The position numbers and the translations under genes were made by a program. Below are positions 60,845 through 64,000 of a DNA stretch of 64,000 bases, piece by piece. How positions within the stretch are numbered: the first letter of the stretch is position 1; each line of letters begins with the position of its first letter. The notes under the pieces were generated by a model that had not been told where the DNA came from, ran no database searches, and saw only the letters and a list, made by a program, of their open reading frames with translations. The DNA comes from a virus. Lineage: Duplodnaviria; Caudoviricetes. The stretch spans positions 10,075 through 74,074 of the IMG/VR virus record IMGVR_UViG_2623620477_000001; one strand, given 5' to 3'.

Positions 60845-61174
60845 TTAGTACCCCCAAATCAGAGCCATAACAGGCTTGCACTCGAAGTTTAATTTCTTAT
60901 TTTTCTTGGCTAATTCATTTCGAACGGACTCAACTTTTTTCTCAAACATCGGATAGAAGAACATCAACATCTGCAACTTTTCTTTCGGCTTAATCAACCA
61001 ATTGTTACATAACTTCTCAAGCATTATTTGGAACTTTTTGAACTCTGTTTCCTCTTTCATGTACATCAGCCAATCCAAGTAGTTTGTGTAACTGAACACA
61101 CTGTCTGCTTTTCTGTCTGCCAACTTCTGTTCCAACCGTTTTCCTACTTTCGGTCTTTTAAGCATTTGCTCCAT
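60845..61174 (-). CDS. Hypothetical protein
   Basis: AAGGAG RBS; first gene after promoter. Confidence 0.6.
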   Translation of the reverse strand: MEQMLKRPKVGKRLEQKLADRKADSVFSYTNYLDWLMYMKEETEFKKFQIMLEKLCNNWLIKPKEKLQMLMFFYPMFEKKVESVRNELAKKNKKLNFECKPVMALIWGY

Positions 61175-61192
61175 CTTACTTACGCTCCTTTG

Positions 61193-61280
61193 TTCGCACG
61201 TGCGAACTATCTTTTGTTTGTCTGTTTAAGTTAAAACTTACTTTATGATTCAATTATAGCAGATTCTTCTATATTGTCAA
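61193..61280 (-). promoter_or_regulatory. Consensus sigma70 promoter with downstream palindrome
   Basis: TTGACA-16nt-TATAAT-TGAATCATA; palindrome at 61193-61206. Confidence 0.85.
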
Positions 61281-61307
61281 GTAAAAAAAGAAAAATAATT
61301 TCTGTTT

Positions 61308-61649
61308 TTACTGTTTTTTTGAATACTCGTATAGTTTCTGCTCAAGGTCGTAGACAGAGTTTACGCAAATTGCAAATCCGTTATTTTTATTTATTTTATC
61401 CAAGAACTCTTTTTGTTCTTCAGAAAGTTTTCCTCCTTTTTCTCTTTTACATTCGACAGCCAAGAATTGTCCATTCGGCAATATTCCCAAAATATCAGAA
61501 CTACCTTTAAGACCGAATCTAATAAACCTGTTCCCAAGTTTTGCACAGCCGACATTATTTCGCCAAACAAAAAAACCTTGAAGTCTAAGATATTCCAAAC
61601 AGTCTTTAAGTACTCCGTTTTCTAATCCTTCATTTTCGCTTATAAACAC
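61308..61649 (-). CDS. VRR-NUC domain nuclease
   Basis: WRNNVG, G.SDI.G....G.F.A.E.K...G.LS..Q..F. Confidence 0.9.
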   Translation of the reverse strand: MFISENEGLENGVLKDCLEYLRLQGFFVWRNNVGCAKLGNRFIRFGLKGSSDILGILPNGQFLAVECKREKGGKLSEEQKEFLDKINKNNGFAICVNSVYDLEQKLYEYSKKQ

Positions 61650-61918
61650 CTCTTATCATCAAGATTTTCGAGCTCTTTACTGCTTATATATTTCAATGCC
61701 CCTTTATGAACACAATGAAGTTTTCCACTGTTTATAAAGCGATAGATTGTTGTTACAGAAAGCCCAGATTTTTGAGAGGCTTTTGCCACGCTAATCAGAT
61801 CCCACTCTTTTTCATTTGCTGAAATTAAAGACTGAACAAGTTCTTCCTGTCGTTTCTGTGCATCAGATATAATCCTCTTTTGCTCTGACAGTTCCTTGAT
61901 TATTTCTTCGACGGGCAT
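61640..61918 (-). CDS. Excisionase-like HTH protein
   Basis: LISV..A....GLS..TIYR.I..GKL. Confidence 0.75.
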   Translation of the reverse strand: MPVEEIIKELSEQKRIISDAQKRQEELVQSLISANEKEWDLISVAKASQKSGLSVTTIYRFINSGKLHCVHKGALKYISSKELENLDDKRCL

Positions 61919-62043
61919 TTACTCTCTCCTTTCTTAAAAATACGGACAAGGATTTCTGCCAATTCAGAATCTCCAACAACTGCAAACTTTACTGAATCAC
62001 TGAACATTTTTTCTGTAACTTTTGGCTCATTCATATCTCACCT

Positions 62044-62127
62044 AAAAAAAAGCCCCCAGAGTGCTCGATTCTCTGGGGTTGAAAAATATCACCTAAAATG
62101 TGGTGAAAGAACCGAGCAAACTTTCAC
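62044..62127 (-). terminator. Leader terminator with upstream complementary-loop hairpin
   Basis: CCCCAGAG-AATCGAGCA-CTCTGGGG-GC-T8; upstream GTGAAAG-TTTGCTCGGTT-CTTTCAC. Confidence 0.75.
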
Positions 62128-62280
62128 AACACTTTACAAATGCAATTAACAATTGCTTACTCTTTGAGAATAAAATAAGATTTAATATTTGTAAAGTGTT
62201 TTATTAACAATTACTAAATATTTTTTGCTTTTTTGCCGATAATGTGTATAATACTTACTCGGTGGGCGGAAGGAGCATTT

Positions 62281-62901
62281 ATGACATTTTGGGAACGTGT
62301 CGAACAAGCCCTTGAACAAAACAACATTACAGAAGCAGAATTGAGCCGAAGAATAGGCGTATCTCAAGCGGGAATTACAGGTTGGAAACAGCGCGGTTCT
62401 ATCCCTAGGGCTGACGTTGCTATTAAAACTGCAGAGGTTCTGAATACATCAGTTGATTACCTTGTAAATGGTTCTCTTGATACAATGCACATCAAAAAGT
62501 CAAACACTTTTCTTGTGCCAATTCTAAATCAAGAGTTATCAGCAGGTAAAGGTGAGTTATTGCCTGAAGATGACATCGCTAACGGGTTAGTTCCGATTCC
62601 ATACAGACTACATAAGGAGTTCGGAAATAATTTGGCTGCGCTGCACGTACACGGTGATTCAATGAAACCAACTTTGAATGACGGTGATATGATTGTTTGT
62701 GATTCTTTGGGTTGGGATAATTCAGACGGCATTTATGCAATAAGAATGAACGGCAGTGGTTTTGTAAAACGCATACAAGTTGTAGGACAAAAAATATTGG
62801 TTATATCAGATAATCCAAAATATAAGACGTTTGAAGAATCTGTTAATTCAGATGCTATTCAAATTATTGGAAAAGTAAGATTAGTGATACAAGCATTATA
62901 G
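62281..62901 (+). CDS. CI/LexA-like repressor (HTH + S24 peptidase)
   Basis: HTH_3 N-terminus; LSAG.G cleavage loop; GDSMKP serine; VKR lysine; AAGGAG RBS. Confidence 0.93.
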   Translation: MTFWERVEQALEQNNITEAELSRRIGVSQAGITGWKQRGSIPRADVAIKTAEVLNTSVDYLVNGSLDTMHIKKSNTFLVPILNQELSAGKGELLPEDDIANGLVPIPYRLHKEFGNNLAALHVHGDSMKPTLNDGDMIVCDSLGWDNSDGIYAIRMNGSGFVKRIQVVGQKILVISDNPKYKTFEESVNSDAIQIIGKVRLVIQAL

Positions 62902-62930
62902 GCTCAACGAACGAAGTGAGTTGATATTGT

Positions 62931-63050
62931 TAACCTATCCTTTCCTTACCTATCCTTAACTGGGTTACACATTGGTATACCAAGTTTTTGCTTATTTTAA
63001 CTAACCTATACTTACCTAACCTTAACTGGGTATACCGCTTGGTATACCAA
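62931..63050. repeat. Duplicated origin-like unit (TTGGTATACCAA palindrome + pentamer repeats)
   Basis: Two ~50-bp copies (62931-62983, 63002-63050) with AACCT/TACCT/ATCCT pentamers. Confidence 0.75.
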
Positions 63051-63067
63051 CAATTTTAGGAGTTTTT

Positions 63068-64000
63068 ATGATTTATTCGGGATTTAGATTAAGAGAATCT
63101 GCGGTTGAAACAATCGATTGTACTGATTTGGCAGTAATAAAAGTTCCGACAACAGATGAGAGTGGAATCCAAGTTCAGAGTATACACTTTCACGAAGATT
63201 TAAGAGGATTAATTTGGTTTGCGGATAGCCCTGTAAAAAACATAGACCCTAAACAGTTTGTAAACAAAATTGAAACAGAATCGGTCACTTTGGAGTTTAC
63301 AATCCCTGGCTATTTAGAGCCGAGTATGATTTTCACAAGTGAGCCTGTCGAGTTCTCCGATTCTGCAGACGAACCTTTATTAGATGTAATGTATTATGAC
63401 TTAGACCCACAACAAAAAGGCGAATACTTAAAGTTTCTTCAAAATCCATATGAGCATACAGACATAAGTTATCTGATGTTGCTTTATCACGGACTTGAAA
63501 GACATCTTTGGGAAGGGAATTGGCGGAAGGCTGTAAATGTCATTCTTAAATTAAGATATTTTCATAAAGATAAAATATTCTTAGACCGTTCTTGTCGCGC
63601 TTTATTACTTACAGCTATAAAAAAAGATTGTGGTGAGATCGCATTGGCGTTGATTGAACAGTCACACGGAACAAATATTCCGATTACAGAATATTTTCTT
63701 TGTGCATCAAGTTTTAATCTGCATATAACAAGTACAGAAATAGTTCGCTATGCGTCTTGGTTTGGAGTAGATTCAAAATTAAACAGAAATAAGATAACTG
63801 AAAATATTAAAAAACTTGTAGGAAGAGAGTATCTGCTTGTTTCTGATGTTCTCTCTGATGAATATATTCAGAATATGCCACTAAATCTTGTAAAGATATT
63901 TGATAACACATCATTACGAGATGCGGTCTGTTCAATTCCGTTATTTAATCAAGATTATAAAATGAGAAATATTATACAAAGCCTGTGTGAGCAAATGTGA
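63068..64000 (+). CDS. TerB N-terminal domain-like protein
   Basis: Y..L.P.Q...YL.FL.NP....DISY..L..HGLER.L motif; lysogeny-side accessory gene. Confidence 0.65.
   Translation: MIYSGFRLRESAVETIDCTDLAVIKVPTTDESGIQVQSIHFHEDLRGLIWFADSPVKNIDPKQFVNKIETESVTLEFTIPGYLEPSMIFTSEPVEFSDSADEPLLDVMYYDLDPQQKGEYLKFLQNPYEHTDISYLMLLYHGLERHLWEGNWRKAVNVILKLRYFHKDKIFLDRSCRALLLTAIKKDCGEIALALIEQSHGTNIPITEYFLCASSFNLHITSTEIVRYASWFGVDSKLNRNKITENIKKLVGREYLLVSDVLSDEYIQNMPLNLVKIFDNTSLRDAVCSIPLFNQDYKMRNIIQSLCEQM

Noticed and set aside
17317-61206. CRISPR array or transposon ends from the 14-bp palindrome
   Set aside because: Copies are dispersed and promoter-linked, with no regular spacers, cas genes or transposase.
986-61625. 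Most plus-strand and nested ORFs in the six-frame track (e.g. 9436-9954, 16360-16833, 57105-57527)
   Set aside because: They are antisense or alternative-frame shadows of well-supported minus-strand genes or RNA structures, with no RBS or motifs.

Overview
This window is about 64 kb of an AT-rich, probably temperate siphovirus or prophage; SSB features weakly suggest a Treponema-like spirochaete host. Almost everything is on the minus strand. Reading right to left: CI-like repressor and TerB-N gene (plus strand), excisionase-like HTH, VRR-NUC, RecT/Bet, SSBs, PcfJ/PcfK, NinG, ThyX-like, replication initiator plus DnaC-like loader, and many small early ORFs. These are followed by a MoxR AAA/vWA-like pair, a ParB/IbrAB/methyltransferase/glycosyltransferase cluster, terminase, portal, Stealth phosphotransferase, LuxS, MuF-zincin, and head, neck and tail genes. 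Main discovery: six virion-module genes (portal, a 65-aa hidden ORF, major capsid, tail tube, tape measure, tail tip) have no ATG/GTG/TTG at their expected N-terminus. Instead each has an AGC codon 6-7 nt behind a strong Shine-Dalgarno. The tail module also encodes a tRNA with initiator (tRNA-fMet) body features whose anticodon is GCU, the exact reader of AGC. This looks like a natural orthogonal translation-initiation system, a private start codon for virion genes. Other observations are a 14-bp palindrome in two positional classes at six promoters, an ACG-started replication initiator, loop-loop attenuator leaders, degenerate tRNA-like RNAs, an origin-like repeat separated from its initiator gene, and junction repeats between small gene cassettes. 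All protein family calls come from motif recognition by eye; no database searches were run.
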